Below the pieces are notes generated by a model. It was not told the DNA's origin. It did not search any database and worked only from the letters and a program-made list of their open reading frames with translations. Positions 38,781 to 52,544 of a DNA stretch of 64,000 nucleotides are shown here, in pieces (the first letter of the stretch is position 1; each line of letters opens with the position of its first letter). The position numbers and the translations under genes are program-made. The stretch comes from Octopus vulgaris (lineage: Eukaryota): the NCBI GenBank assembly GCA_951406725.2, contig OX597830.1, forward strand, positions 7,254,001-7,318,000, written 5' to 3'.

Positions 38781-39855
38781 GGCGGCGAGCTGGCAGAATC
38801 GTTAGCATACCGGAGAGAATACTTCGTGATGTTTATGTTCTTATGTTCTGAGTTCAAATTCCGCCAAGGTCGTCTTTCCCTTTTCGATGCCAAAACCATA
38901 AGCACCCGTCAAGCGCTGGGGTCGATGTAATCGACTGACAACCTTCACCAAAATTTCAGGCCTTGTACCTAAACCAGAAAGGATTTTAAAGATGATGAAA
39001 AACGGTGAGATGGCAGAATCGTTAGAGCGTCGGATTCGGTTGTGCGTGACAGTATTTCTTTCCAACCTTTACGTTCACAGTTCAAATATTTTCGTCGTTC
39101 GGGGTTCAATAAAATAAAGTACCGGCGAAGTATTCGGGTCAGTGTATAGAATAAGATATTGTTTTATCGACCCCTGGAGTACTAAATATAAAGTTGCCTT
39201 CAGCAGTATTTGAACTCATGTAAGAAAATATTGATCTACAGAACAGATAGATAGTTTCTTTGTTGTTTTCTTCGTTTTGTTTTGTTTTCTTTTTCTTTTT
39301 GGATGATACAGCCAGTTTAAACGTCCTCAGAAAGTTTGTTCCATTCTACAAATATTTTCAATTCGGCCCTGGAGGATGAAGGGTAAACTTGGCTCTATTT
39401 TCAACTAAATACTGCAAAATGATTTGTTCGACGCGTTGTCGATTTTACTTGTCCATAACAAAATATTGTTTTCAAACTTTGGCACAAAGGAGAGCAAAAT
39501 TTTATTCGATTACATCGACCCAAGTGGTTCACTGGTACTAATTTAATCGGACCTCAGAAGGATGAAAGCAAAGTTTGCACCGGCGAAATTTGAACTCAGG
39601 CTGGCGAAATACCACTGAGTATTTAACCCGGCGTGTAAACGGTTCTGCCAGCTTGCCGCCTTAATTTGAAACAAAATATGGATGATATCAATTTACCGTC
39701 TGAAATATTTGACAATTTCCCTATTTTAATCGGCCGTCGATAAATGAAAGGTACAGACTTAAGCAGGACTTGAACTCGGGATGTAAGGGAGCAGAAAAAA
39801 GATAGTAAGGAATTTTATCTAACGCTCTAATGATTCGACCAACTTAGAGTCGTTA
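38781..39855. mobile_element. Cluster of about six SINE A copies (two +, four -)
   Basis: + copies at 38781-38985 and ~39002-39135; - copies at ~39160, ~39355, 39470-39661 and ~39720-39855. Confidence 0.75.
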
Positions 39856-40049
39856 AATAGGGAAAAAAATATCAATATTTCTAAGTAATGTTACAGACAT
39901 AGCCTCGAATCCCTGCTTGTTTCCTTTTTCTACTACTACTTCTACGAGACTCAATCTCTTTCTATGCTGGCACCTCGAACATGTCATAGTTGACCTCCAT
40001 TGGTATTTTCTGTCGTTTTTCAGTATGTCTCGTCGGCTTAGGTGTCTTT

Positions 40050-41090
40050 TATGTTCCTAATATTGTCCTTTAATTACATACATCATGTTTCCTAATCTTT
40101 TAGCTTCAAAACCATCCCCCCAGCCTTCTTTTACCATTTTTGTAAATTTTGAAATGTACTTTATCTCCTACTTCGAAATGTTTTGTTGCCTTTCCTGTAT
40201 TTCCTTAAAATATATTTCCTCCTGGTAATAATTAATCGAAGATCAATTTTATTTTTCGCGTGAACTCTGCCGGAGACTTTCATGAAATGGTATTCGGATT
40301 GGGCATTATTCTATATACACTCAAGAATTTCGTTAGCCCTTCGTCATTACCTACGCCTTTCCTTGCCTTTTTAAAGCTCACTTGAAAGTATCAACGAATT
40401 TTTCTTCTTGCTCGATTGACCTCGGGTGGTAGGCGGGGTAAATATACGCTTTATCGCATGTGTTTTATAGAAATTTTTGAATTCACCACCCGTGAATTGT
40501 GTTCCATTATATGATACTTAAGTGTCTGGAGCACCATCTCGGGCAAATAGTTCATACAGGAACTTTATTGTTGTTATTGCGGTTGGTTTATTGCACCTGC
40601 ATATCCCTTGCCATTTTGTACCTCTATGAACAGCGATTAGATAGCATGCGCTGTTCAGCGGTCTAGTGTAGTCCATATGTACCCTGAACCACGGACTATT
40701 CGTTTCAGGTCACGATTTGAATTTCACCGGTGGTGCTTTGATTGCAAGCGCACAACCATTACATGATTTTACATAATTTTCAATGTCCCGAGCCATTGTC
40801 GACCTGTATACACAACTCCCCATAAGGGCTTTCATTCTCGATATTCTCGAGTGTCCTCTGTGGAATTCCTGCAATATTCGTTTCTTTAGTGCAGTTGGTA
40901 AAACCACTCATTACGCGTAAATTAAAACATCGTCGCAGAGTAAAAAATTATTCGAATTTGTATTTTTATTTTGCTGATTTTTTAACATTTCTTTCATTCT
41001 TATAATGTACTTATCCTCTGTGGATTTCGTTTTTATATCATGCGCTGTCACTGATAGTTCGTGAATAACATTATACGTAACATTTTTAAT
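40050..41090 (-). pseudogene. Gypsy integrase remnant (H2C2 zinc finger + rve core)
   Basis: VVLPTALKKRILQEFHRGH...DIENYVKSCNGC, PWFRVHMDY, LFARDGAPDT*VSYNGTQFT; contains stops and frameshifts. Confidence 0.9.
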
Positions 41091-41229
41091 TAATTTTTTC
41101 TTCAATTCATCTGCTGAGATCTTTTCACTGGTGGGACAGCCACTTAATTTGTTATAGCACCGGCTTATTGGAAGATCCCATCAGTCAAATAACTCCAACC
41201 AATCGGTACCAAACAGATTGGATGCGTTC

Positions 41230-42211
41230 TTTACGCCGAAATCTTTCGTCGTGCAAGTTTTTCCTCGAAATGTGTCATTCCACATTTTGCCTACAAAGTG
41301 TAGTTTGTTACCCGTCACTTTCTGAGATCAATCTAGAATTTTTTACATTTGACCTTCGTAAATTTCTGCAGTGTGAACTATTGTGTTCAAATTTTAGACA
41401 ATTGTCGCATTTTTGGTTTTTAAAATGACAATCTTTTCTGAAATGTGGGCCTCCACATCCATTCTTCTTGGGTTACACTTTCTCGGTCGGCATATCTGCA
41501 TTTTTGCGGAATCCTTTTCTTGAATTTCTGTAACGTCGTGTTTCAGGTTCACCAGCCTTTGACGCATTTCTGCAACAGTCTGCAGGATAAAATTTTCGTT
41601 CGCTTGTTCAAGTTTTGAATGAATTCTTATCCGTATTTCCATAACTTCATTTGTTGTAAGGCCTTGTACAAAAATGGGTTCTTTAATTCTAAACTTTCAC
41701 ACATTCTGTTGACTGTTCCTGCTTAAGTAATAAATCCATCATCCTCATTTTTAGTTAAATTCCAACACTCCATTCGAATGTTAAATAGAGAAGTTTTATA
41801 ACAACACATGTTAGACAATACTTTGATTGTTTTCTGAAAACAAATTTCACAAGACTTTTGCGGTAAGAGGAAATTACAGTATCTTTCATGCTCAGACGGA
41901 GCTAATTTACATAATAATAACCTTACTTTTTCTTCGTCTGACCATGTCTTGCAATCTTCCTTATAACTCTCCTCGTACCCCCTGAAGTACTCTGCAAAAG
42001 TTATACCCTCCTTTGGCTTATAATTGAATTCTGTTATGGAGTTCGATACGCCGTCAGGTGAAAACGAACTTACTGCATTTTCTGACTTCTTTGCTTATAG
42101 CTCCAGTAATTGTTGTAGTAGTAGTTGCTGTACTAGTTCCTTCTGCAACCCTTGTTGCTGTTCCCGTTGTTGCATTTGCAACTGTATTATAGAATCTAAT
42201 AGGTCTTCCAT
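41230..42211 (-). pseudogene. Gypsy gag remnant
   Basis: MEDLLDSIIQLQMQQ...SNSITEFNYKPKEGITFAEYF...WSDEEKVRLLLCKLAPSEHERYCNFLLP, typical of K02A2.6-like gag. Confidence 0.85.
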
Positions 42212-42245
42212 CCTTTAACAAATTGTTAAATGACTCGTCGCCATA

Positions 42246-42524
42246 CGTAGCATCCCCTGTCGCTAATGTAGTCGTACCGCCACGATATTGTCACGAATGG
42301 TTTAGATACATTGTACCAGTGTAGTGTCAGTAAACAACATAACAATGCCGTCATATTAACAACATGACGATCCAACAATCAATATTCCAAACGAGCTCTG
42401 CAACCGACCCCTTACGACTTTACTGTGAACTGAACTCCAACAAATTTCACTCTGACTGCTTCTATTTATAATCGCTCGCTCCAGTATATTTCTCGCAAGG
42501 GAGTGTCTTGACTCTTATCACAGC

Positions 42525-42525
<1 letters not shown>
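42246..42525 (-). repeat. 5' LTR of the Gypsy element
   Basis: Begins TG at 42525 next to (TA)n, contains TATAAATAG, and ends 2 nt before the PBS (terminal CG rather than CA). No second LTR is available to confirm the boundaries. Confidence 0.65.
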
Positions 42526-42563
<38 letters not shown>

Positions 42564-42568
42564 CATAC

Positions 42569-42602
<34 letters not shown>

Positions 42603-42622
42603 ATACATATATACACACACAC

Positions 42623-42694
<72 letters not shown>

Positions 42695-42826
42695 CATACA
42701 TACATATATAGATATATTTACTGCAAAGGTTTTTGTTAAGCAGCATCGATATTTACAATTCTGTAAATAATAATAATAGTATTTTATAAGCTTACAGTTT
42801 ATACAATGCTATTATTATTATTTATA

Positions 42827-42876
<50 letters not shown>

Positions 42877-43238
42877 TGATATATACACATACATGAATGA
42901 ATATAAAACGAATTAGAAAAAGTGAAAGAGGGGAGTAGAAATAATTAAAGAGAGAAGGAAAGAGAAAGTAAGAAAGAAGGTAAGAAGGAAAGAAAGAAAG
43001 GAAGAAAGAAAGAAGGAACGAAAGACGGAAGGAAGGAAAAACATAAAGAAACAAAGAAAGAAAGAAAGAAAGAAAGAAAGAGATCCTAAGAAATGACAAT
43101 TTCGAAAGACTCAAAGATAAGCCTGAGTGAAAAAAGTATTTAATCCATAATCTTTACGAAATATCTTTTGTCGGACTAACGATTATAGATTAAAGATTAT
43201 GAATCAATATGCATATATACATACATGCATACTTATAC

Positions 43239-43307
<69 letters not shown>

Positions 43308-43553
43308 TGTATCTATGAAAATGAAAGACAGAAGATAGAATATATGAGAATAAATTATTATTCACAACAATTGTTTCGATACATCTACTCCACTTGTGGG
43401 ACACAGAAAAACTGGTTCGCGAGTATCGAGTATTGGCGTGTTATAAATAAATTTAAAAATTCGTTAAAATGACTGTTCCATAATGCATCTTTCCGTTTTG
43501 TAGAGAGAGAAACAGCCAGACGGAGGAAAATTCTTCAAATATATAGAAGATCC

Positions 43554-43718
43554 TACGACGGGCCTCTTGCAGTTTCCGTCGACCAAATCCACTCACAAGA
43601 CTTTGGTCGACCCGAGACTATAGCAGAAGACACTTGCCCAAGGTGCCACGCAGTGGGACTGAGCCCGGAACCATGTGGTTCGTAAGCAAGCTACTTACCA
43701 CACAGCCACCCCTACGCC
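43554..43718 (-). mobile_element. SINE family B 5' half
   Basis: CACTTGCCCAAGGTGCCACGCAGTGGGACTGAGCCCGGAACCATGTGG...ACCACACAGCCAC. Confidence 0.9.
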
Positions 43719-43752
43719 ATGTATATATATATATATATATACACATACATAC

Positions 43753-43783
<31 letters not shown>

Positions 43784-43795
43784 TATACATACACA

Positions 43796-43928
<133 letters not shown>

Positions 43929-44707
43929 TATAACTATTAACATAAGCAAACATACACATCTATAAATTTAAACTTCCTTGCACTCAATTTCAAGCACTTC
44001 AGTGCGTGTTGCACATAAACCATTGCACCTGCACCATGCAGAGTTGCGTTACTTGTTGTAATACCACAGAAACATGCACAATTACACCAAAGAATCAACT
44101 GCAACATCTAATGAAATAGATTCTTTCTTAGCAACCATAGATTTTCTTTATGTTGTTTCTTATTAGGATTTTTTCCCTCCGAATGTGTCTTTTCATTTAT
44201 TTTTATATATATTCTTTCTTTTTTGTTTAATCGTTTTTCTTTGTTAATGTTGTTTAGTTTTCGTTTGTTAAAGCTGATGTTTTCGTTAACATTATTTCTT
44301 CTTCTTCTTCTTCTTCTTCTTCTTCTTCTTCTTCTTCTTCTTCTTCTTCTTCTTCTTCTTCTTCTTCTTCTTCTTCTTCATGTTACTGTTACAGTGATTT
44401 CCTCCTTTTTCTCTCTCTCACTCTCTTTCTCCTGGCCCCTCTTCTCTCCTTTTCTCTCTTTCCTCCTCTTCTCTCTCTTTTCAATCTTTCTCTCTCCCTG
44501 GCTGTCTCTTACCTTAACACATGCTTTTATTCCTCTTTCTCTCCCTCATATATATATATTTATACACTCACACACATATGTATATGTATATATATATACA
44601 CATATACATTAACATTCATACATATATTCATACATATATGTGGATATATATATATATACACATATATGCATATACAAGCATATATATATATACACACACA
44701 CACACGC

Positions 44708-44747
<40 letters not shown>

Positions 44748-45199
44748 ACACATATATCATTTCAGTATTTTCCTCTCTTCCTTTATTCCACAAAAGAATA
44801 ATTAACAATCAACTTCCAGAAGATTCTTTTTTCTTTCTGTGTTGTTCATCTGGTTTTTTTTATTCGTATTGATAATACTTTTTTGTATTTTCTTTTCATT
44901 TATTTCATATATTTTTCTTGTTTCTCATGAACCCACCCCGTACCCCATGTTCTTCACATAATTGCGTCTTTTCTTCATCCCTTTCCAGCTCCTCATTCTT
45001 TCTTTCCTGTCTTCCTTTCTTTCTCTCTTTTCTTTACTTCTTTCGTTCTTTTGTTCTTTTCTTTTTTATATCTCTTTTATCCTTTATTTCTTTATATACT
45101 TCAATTCTCCTTCAAAACCTCTTGAAAAATCAATTCTTGTTTTTCACTCACACATCAATGTATTCTTGTTTCCTTCTCTATCCATCCATCCATCCATCC

Positions 45200-45285
<86 letters not shown>

Positions 45286-45303
45286 ATATATATATATATA
45301 TAG

Positions 45304-45427
<124 letters not shown>

Positions 45428-45477
45428 ATATATATATATATCTATCTATATCTATCTATCTATCTATCTATCTATCA

Positions 45478-45512
<35 letters not shown>

Positions 45513-45921
45513 ATATCTATCTATCTATCTATCTATTTAGCTATATATCAGTCTGTCTTTCTGTCTGTCTGTCTCTCTCTCACTCGCTCTCTCTTTCTGT
45601 CTGTTCGTTTATCTGTTTGTGTAACTATGTATCTCTCCCATTATATATCAGTTTATCTATATATTTACTTACTTACATATCTGAGTACCCCTTTTTGTGA
45701 GCATGTGTGATCGTCAATGTGTGCGTATGAGTGTGTGTGTATGAATGTGTATGTTTGCGTGTCTTCACGAGTGTTTCTATGTATACATCTTTGCTACCAT
45801 ACTTACGTGCTTTTGTGTATGTATACCATCTTTCCCTCCTTTTTCTTAACCTTTTCCTCTCTCTTTTTCTCTCTCTCTGTGCATATATGTATGTACGTAT
45901 CTCTATCGCTCTCTCTCTCTT

Positions 45922-45954
<33 letters not shown>

Positions 45955-46239
45955 CATATATATATATATGTATGCATATATATATATGTGTGTATATATA
46001 CATATACATATACATATATATATATTTATATATATATATATACATACAAACATACATACATACATAATACATACATACATAATACATACATACATACATA
46101 CATACATAAACAGGCACATATATATACACAGCGATAGATAGATAGATAGATAGATAGATAGAAAAATAGAGAGAGAAATGCATGCATACATACGTACATA
46201 TATACATACGTTCGTACATACATAAATACATACATACAT

Positions 46240-46294
<55 letters not shown>

Positions 46295-46383
46295 CTCACA
46301 CACGTATGTTTCATGAAGGAGTATTGTGTGAGCATGATTTTTAAAGTATTTTTAACCATTTCTATCCGAAATTATTTATCTAT

Positions 46384-46425
<42 letters not shown>

Positions 46426-46888
46426 ACTTTCTCTATCGTTACAAACTGCTGCACACTTTAGTAAATAGCAATTCCAGATAGAATATTGATCTCAAAGAAA
46501 TCATTGGGTGCATTGGAACTGTTCTTGTGATCTACCTCCCGGGCAATCGGTTCTACGATGTATATCGATCGTCTTCGATCATTTGAACTGCTTACTCAGT
46601 AAATTATAGTGTAGGCGGATGTGTATACCGCAGACACATATACCTTCACATAATGTTCAGAATCAGCTTGGTACGTTGACAAGGTCTGGGTCGTTATACA
46701 GGGAAAATACTTGATGGGCTTCCGCACAGTATCCAACGAATTATTTCACTTGACAGGCTTAAGATAACCGAGGCTATAGCGAAAGAGACTTGCGCATGAC
46801 ACATATAACTCTGCGTGAATTTGTGATGTATATACACACACACGCACGCACACGCACACACGCACACATGTATGTATACGAATATATC

Positions 46889-47349
46889 GTTTGCTTCCCA
46901 GCCACGTGGTTCCGAGTTCAGTCCCACTGCATGGTACCTTGGGCAAGTGACTTTTGCTCTAACCTCGGACTGACCAAAGCCTTCTGAGTGGATTTGGTAG
47001 ACGGAAACTGAAAGAAGCTCGTCATGTATATATATATAATAATGATAAGGGTAAAATTAATTAATTAATTAATAAGTAATTAATAATTTTACCAAGCAGT
47101 GTTCAGTATGTAAACGAGCCATTTACGGTAAATTTAAACATTATTTTATATAATTAGGGTTCAGCAAAAAAATCGCTTTACCACACACCGAACTTTTAGA
47201 AATAGCAGCCAAAGAATTTAGCTATTTCTTTTACTTTAAGAAGAGCCTCCCAGATAATGTATACTCAAAACATTTCACGCCGGTATAGAGGGAAAAATAA
47301 CGAAAGTTCACTCGAAAGATTGATCACCTGTGAACGCGTTTCTAGGTAA

Positions 47350-47393
<44 letters not shown>

Positions 47394-47650
47394 ATATATA
47401 TGTGTGTGTGTGTGTTTGTATATATGCATGTGTGTGTGTGTATGTCTGCCTCCCCATCACCGAATGACAAACGTTACTGGTGTGTTTACGTCCCTATAAT
47501 CTAGTGGTTAGGCATAAGCGACCGATAGAAAAGGAACCTGGCTTTAAAAAACAATCAGCTCTGGAGTCGATTTGTTCCAGTAACATCCTTCAAGGCGGTA
47601 CTCCAGTATGGACGCAGTCAAATATTTGAGACAATTAAAAGAATAAAATA
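46889..47650 (+). mobile_element. SINE family B interrupted by a ~310-bp insert in its internal microsatellite
   Basis: 5' half 46889-47025, insert ~47040-47350, 3' half ~47445-47650. Confidence 0.8.
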
Positions 47651-47669
47651 ATCAAAGAATACGTGTGAA

Positions 47670-47920
47670 AGGCACGCGATCAAGTGGTTAGAGCGTTGCA
47701 CTGACGGTCGTGGGTTCGATACACACACCGGGCAGCAAAACGCTTCAATTGTTCTGTGGCTGGGGGAGTGGCAAAGTTGTCGGCGCGTGGGAAGAGATAC
47801 TTTGCCCTCTTCCTTACGTTATCTAGTCCTGCTCTCTGCAATCTGAGTTCTAGTCTGACCGGCCCCGGAAAAGGCAACGACAAACCGCTCTCGTATTCAT
47901 CCCAGGTCCACTCGTGGTAG
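47670..47920 (+). mobile_element. tRNA-derived SINE with an RTE-related segment
   Basis: GGCACGCGATCAAGTGGTTAGAGCG...GGGTTCGATAC (A/B boxes); GGAAAAGGCAACGACAAACCGCTCTCGTATTC resembles the RTE/BovB-associated GGAGAAGGCAATGGCAAACCAC motif. Confidence 0.5.
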
Positions 47921-48069
47921 CCGAAGTTCTGGTATTCTACTTAAAGGCGGCAGAGTAAGGGGTAGGCCCTCACAGATCGTCCAGAGAGTGCTGGAGAAGA
48001 TTCACATATTCAGAACCTGCTCAAGTAGTCTCCATATACATACGTTTGTATTTACATATACATGTGAAT

Positions 48070-48476
48070 ATGATTATGATCGCCCCATCGTCTCCCATGT
48101 TTGGAGAGGATTAAAAGAAATAGAAAAAAACACGCACTAAGGGTCTGCATCTGTTTGTGATGGATGCGAGACTGTAATTTGCGTCCAGGTGTGGATTTTG
48201 CTATGAAGACACAATAGGGACAATGATGATTTTGATTTTGCCTGGGATCGGGTAAATATGTCTGTCGGTTTCAGGGTGCAGTCTTCCTATTGGTCTTCTT
48301 GTTCAACGCAAGATTTTTTCGATGCATCTTGACACATTTATGCCATGCAGATAGATCAAGGCAACAACTTTGCCAAGATGTCAAGTTAAGCTGAAGAGAT
48401 TTTAGCGATTGTTTCAGATTATCTTAATACCTAAGGGTACGTCTTCCTTTACCGCGATATCCCCGCACTTGTTTGC

Positions 48477-48481
<5 letters not shown>
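48070..48481 (-). mobile_element. RTE-clade LINE 3' end, decayed
   Basis: Reverse translation YGKQVRGYRGKGRRTLRY*DNLKQSLKSLQLNLTSWQSCCLDLSAWHKCVK, the RTE C-terminal G.R..GR...RYKD.LK...W...DR..W pattern. Confidence 0.75.
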
Positions 48482-48514
<33 letters not shown>

Positions 48515-48586
48515 TATATATATATATATATACAAAAAGGGTGAAATATAATTAATTTAATAAAATTAATTAACACACACACACAG

Positions 48587-48629
<43 letters not shown>

Positions 48630-49070
48630 ATGTATATATATATAGATATATATATATATTTCAATATAATTCACGTGAAAACATTACAGTGTGCTTTCAA
48701 AAGCTCCTGTGCTGGTACCAGCTATCAAATGCTATGCATCTGTCTCTATTATTGAGGGATATTCATCAGCCCAATTTTGTTTATGTGTAACATTCAGCAA
48801 TGAACAACTGTTAATGAAGTGTTGAAACAATTGTAGAGATATGTAATAAAGCAAGTTCAGCTTCTCATATTAATGCGTGTGTGTGTATGTGTGTGTTCGT
48901 GTGAGTGTATTTATATATTTTGCAGAAGCCACAGAGTGACTCAAGGTCTGCGAGTTTCGTGCGTTAACACTTATCAAACTTGAGTCAGTCTGTTGCTTCT
49001 ACTAAAAATTAATAAAAAGAATATACACGTATTCATATTTTGAGTTCTATTTTTTCTGTTTGCATCAACA

Positions 49071-49220
<150 letters not shown>

Positions 49221-49224
49221 GTAA

Positions 49225-49620
49225 AAAAATAGGAGTGATTTCAAAAGTCACGTTAATGCATTGAGGAATAGATTTAACACGAATAAGAAAAGGTGATTAA
49301 AAACAGATATTTAAGACAGAAATGATTGTTGTCGGAGATGAATAGAATGAGGAAAATATCTTCGTTTGTCAAATTCAATAGTTGTATGAAGGGGTAGACA
49401 TCACGTCTACGTCTCACTTTCGCTGATTCAGAAATTGCATTCTCTGACGCAGCGGAGTAATGGCTGTGTTATACAAATTTGTTTGTTTTTTTGTATAAGT
49501 CTTAGAGGTTGTTGATGATGCGTTTAGCTATGTTGTCAACGATTGTCACTTTCTTCTGTAATGCCTGCACATTTTTTGCCTGTGAATCTGATGGCAACGA
49601 TGATCTGGACTCCGTTTACA
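49225..49620 (-). mobile_element. Possible highly decayed LINE (CR1/L2-like) C-terminus
   Basis: Weak motifs only (IAKRIINN, QPLLR, PHSIHL, an LWNSLP-like remnant) across frameshifts. Confidence 0.3.
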
Positions 49621-50134
49621 CGGTAATGGGTTTGGATGATTGTGTGCCGTAGCTGCGATGGGTACGTGTTGTGTGTTGCTGAAAACTTAGTAACCACCGA
49701 ATTTGGTGCCGTTTACATGATAACCCTTTCATGATTATAAATTTATGTCTACCACGAGCGGTACCGCTGTTCAGTGGCCTCAGATTGCAGATGACGAAAA
49801 AGAAAGTCTTGCAGCAGGACACAGAACCGAGTTGTCAAATTATGAAGTTTAAACTATGACATAGATCAACATTGTTCACGAGATAAAGTCGAGTTATTGA
49901 CCAATCAGCACCGAAACTTCTAAATCCTTCTAGATCCACTCCGTACAAGGCTTATATATAGGTCTGTTTTTAGTGCCAACTATTAAAATGTGCTGTGCAG
50001 CTCCACACACTCACTTGAAGTTTTATAACAGTGATTGTAACGACTTTCTGCTCAACTTAGTTATGTCGATACAACTTTTGTTTCGTTGACAAAATTTTCC
50101 GCTTTGCTTGTAAGGTTACATTACACAGTATTTC

Positions 50135-50191
<57 letters not shown>

Positions 50192-50278
50192 ATACATATA
50201 TATATATATTTTACACACATATATATATATATTCATAAATATACATCCATACATATTCCTATATTCCCTGATACATTG

Positions 50279-50478
50279 AGAGAAGCCTGTCGTATATGTG
50301 TGTGTGGGGGCTTGTGTTTGTCCCCCACCATCGCTTGACAACCTGTATTGGTGTGTTTACGTCCCCATGACTTGCGTGTACTAGGCTTACAAAGAATAAT
50401 GTGCTGGGTCTATTTGTTTGACTAAAAGAGGTGCTCCAGCATGGCCGCAGTCAAATGACTCAAACGAATAAAAGAATA
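50279..50478 (+). mobile_element. SINE family B 3' half
   Basis: AGAAGCCTGTCGTATATG...GGTGCTCCAGCATGGCCGCAGTCAAATGACT. Confidence 0.85.
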
Positions 50479-50547
50479 CATATACATAAATGTAGGGATT
50501 GAGACAAGGGGATAGAAAGAGAGAGGGAGAGAGGGAGAAGCCTGTGA

Positions 50548-50596
<49 letters not shown>

Positions 50597-50807
50597 GTAT
50601 ATACCTTTAACTGATTTGTATAGATTTATTTACAAACCCGCCTATGTACAAATAACCAGCCAGCCATCCCTGCATTCATCCATCCCTGCATAGATATGTG
50701 CAAGGATTGTTAACTCACTGTCTTGCTTCGCCGGTATTGTTCACCATTAATGTACATCGTTATTGGCGTCGTCTTCATACAGTTGACAAACACACTGATA
50801 GATATAC

Positions 50808-50862
<55 letters not shown>

Positions 50863-51198
50863 TGTTCGTGTGTCTAGGTATGGCGATAAAGACTTTGCGT
50901 TCATTATTTCACTGATTGCTCCCTGTCTCTCCACATATGCATATGCGTGTATATATATATGTGTGTATATATGTATATATATGTATATATGTATATGTAT
51001 ATGTATATATATATATATGTATATATAAGTTATTCTAAGTTATATATATGTATACATATATATGTGTATATATGTGTATGTATATATATATATATATACA
51101 AATATATATATATATATATAAGCATGTCACAAAGAATAATAAAGTTACAACTACAAAAATAAAAAAAAATATTAACAAGTCAATAAAAAATAAAATAT

Positions 51199-51244
<46 letters not shown>

Positions 51245-51714
51245 AAATAGATAAATGATAAGGAATGGGGAATTGTACAGACTGTATCTCGTTATCTTAA
51301 TTACATTTGTTCTTATACTCAAGTTTGATACCTCAAGGAATTGGTGTTCGTGTTTTTTTTAAGTCTTCATTACGTTTGCTGTATGGTGTTATTAAAAGTG
51401 TTAATAGCTGTAATTTAAATACACCGAATCAAACATCATCATAATCCGGTATGTATGTATTCTGTGTGCATGCGTGCGATAGATCATATGTACACATCTA
51501 CACTACACACACACAAGTATCCCACTCAGACATTCTCACGCACGTACAAGCTCACACCTGACAATAGCCATTATTGCAATCTCTTGCCTTCAAAAAACAT
51601 ATTTTTTATCTCTCTCCAAGTTCCGGTCAGTTATTTTTCGATCATGTAACCACACGATTGCTTTGATCCTGACTATCTTCTTCCTGCTATTCCGTCTCTT
51701 CTGGATTTTCTTCT

Positions 51715-51750
51715 TTTTTTGACGAAGAGTCATGCTCGAAACGTCGTTTC
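51715..51750 (+). ncRNA. Minimal hammerhead-like motif, core-mutated
   Basis: TTGACGA-A-GAGT-CAT-GCTC-GAAA-CG-TC; the first core C is T and stem I is not evident. Confidence 0.4.
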
Positions 51751-51885
51751 AACACTCTATTCCCACTCACTATTTCCACTTTCTATTTTCTCATCTAAAA
51801 TCTTCACTGAACGTCACTAATATATTCACTGTATACATTCAATTGGCTTTTGTTGATTATTATTTTCGATTTGCATATATATTTT

Positions 51886-52017
51886 TTTTTACTCTCTTTT
51901 AATTGTTTCAGTCATGTGACTTTGGCCATGCTCGAGCACCGCCTTTAGTCGAGCAAATCGACCCCAGGACTTATTCTTTGTCAACCTAGTACTAATTCTA
52001 TCGGTCTCTTTTGCCGA
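51886..52017 (-). mobile_element. SINE family B 3' part
   Basis: TGTTTCAGTCATGTGACTTTGGCCATGCTCGAGCACCGCCTTTAGTCGAG...CTCTTTTGCCGA. Confidence 0.85.
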
Positions 52018-52279
52018 TATATATATATAAATATATATATATGTATATATATATGATCTACAATAGATGTAAAGAATTTGAAGCTCGAAGAATTGAAACG
52101 AGTACTTCGTAGATAGGACTTAACTAGAACCCCAGTCACTTTTCAGCTTAAAAATATTTCTAAGATCTGTAGTAGAGTTTGTTTCTCAAGAGCTGGACCT
52201 GCTCGTCATATAAGATCTCATGACAGTATCTAATTATTGAAGATCTGGCCTTCTTATGTAAAGAAGTGGCAATCATCAT

Positions 52280-52332
<53 letters not shown>

Positions 52333-52492
52333 TTCAGCAAAAATTTAGATTCAGATGAATATGGTACTTAATTTAGATGCACCAGAATTCTGTATCGTGT
52401 TATCCATAAAAATCCGTGGGGTGATTATAATCAAAATAAGCAACAAGAATGACTCCAGTAATTACTGGAGTCATTCTTATTGCTTATTTTGA

Positions 52493-52540
<48 letters not shown>

Positions 52541-52544
<4 letters not shown>

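Larger units (their letters stand above)
39895..42525 (-). mobile_element. Ty3/Gypsy LTR retrotransposon (Mag/K02A2.6-like), internally deleted, 3' LTR absent
   Basis: LTR 42525-42246, PBS TGGCGACGAG (42243-42234), gag from ATG 42211, protease tail NLFGTDWLELFD, then integrase. Confidence 0.9.

Noticed and set aside
47860-47905. Possible HDV-like ribozyme near the RTE-related motif
   Set aside because: Could not assemble the nested double pseudoknot by eye.
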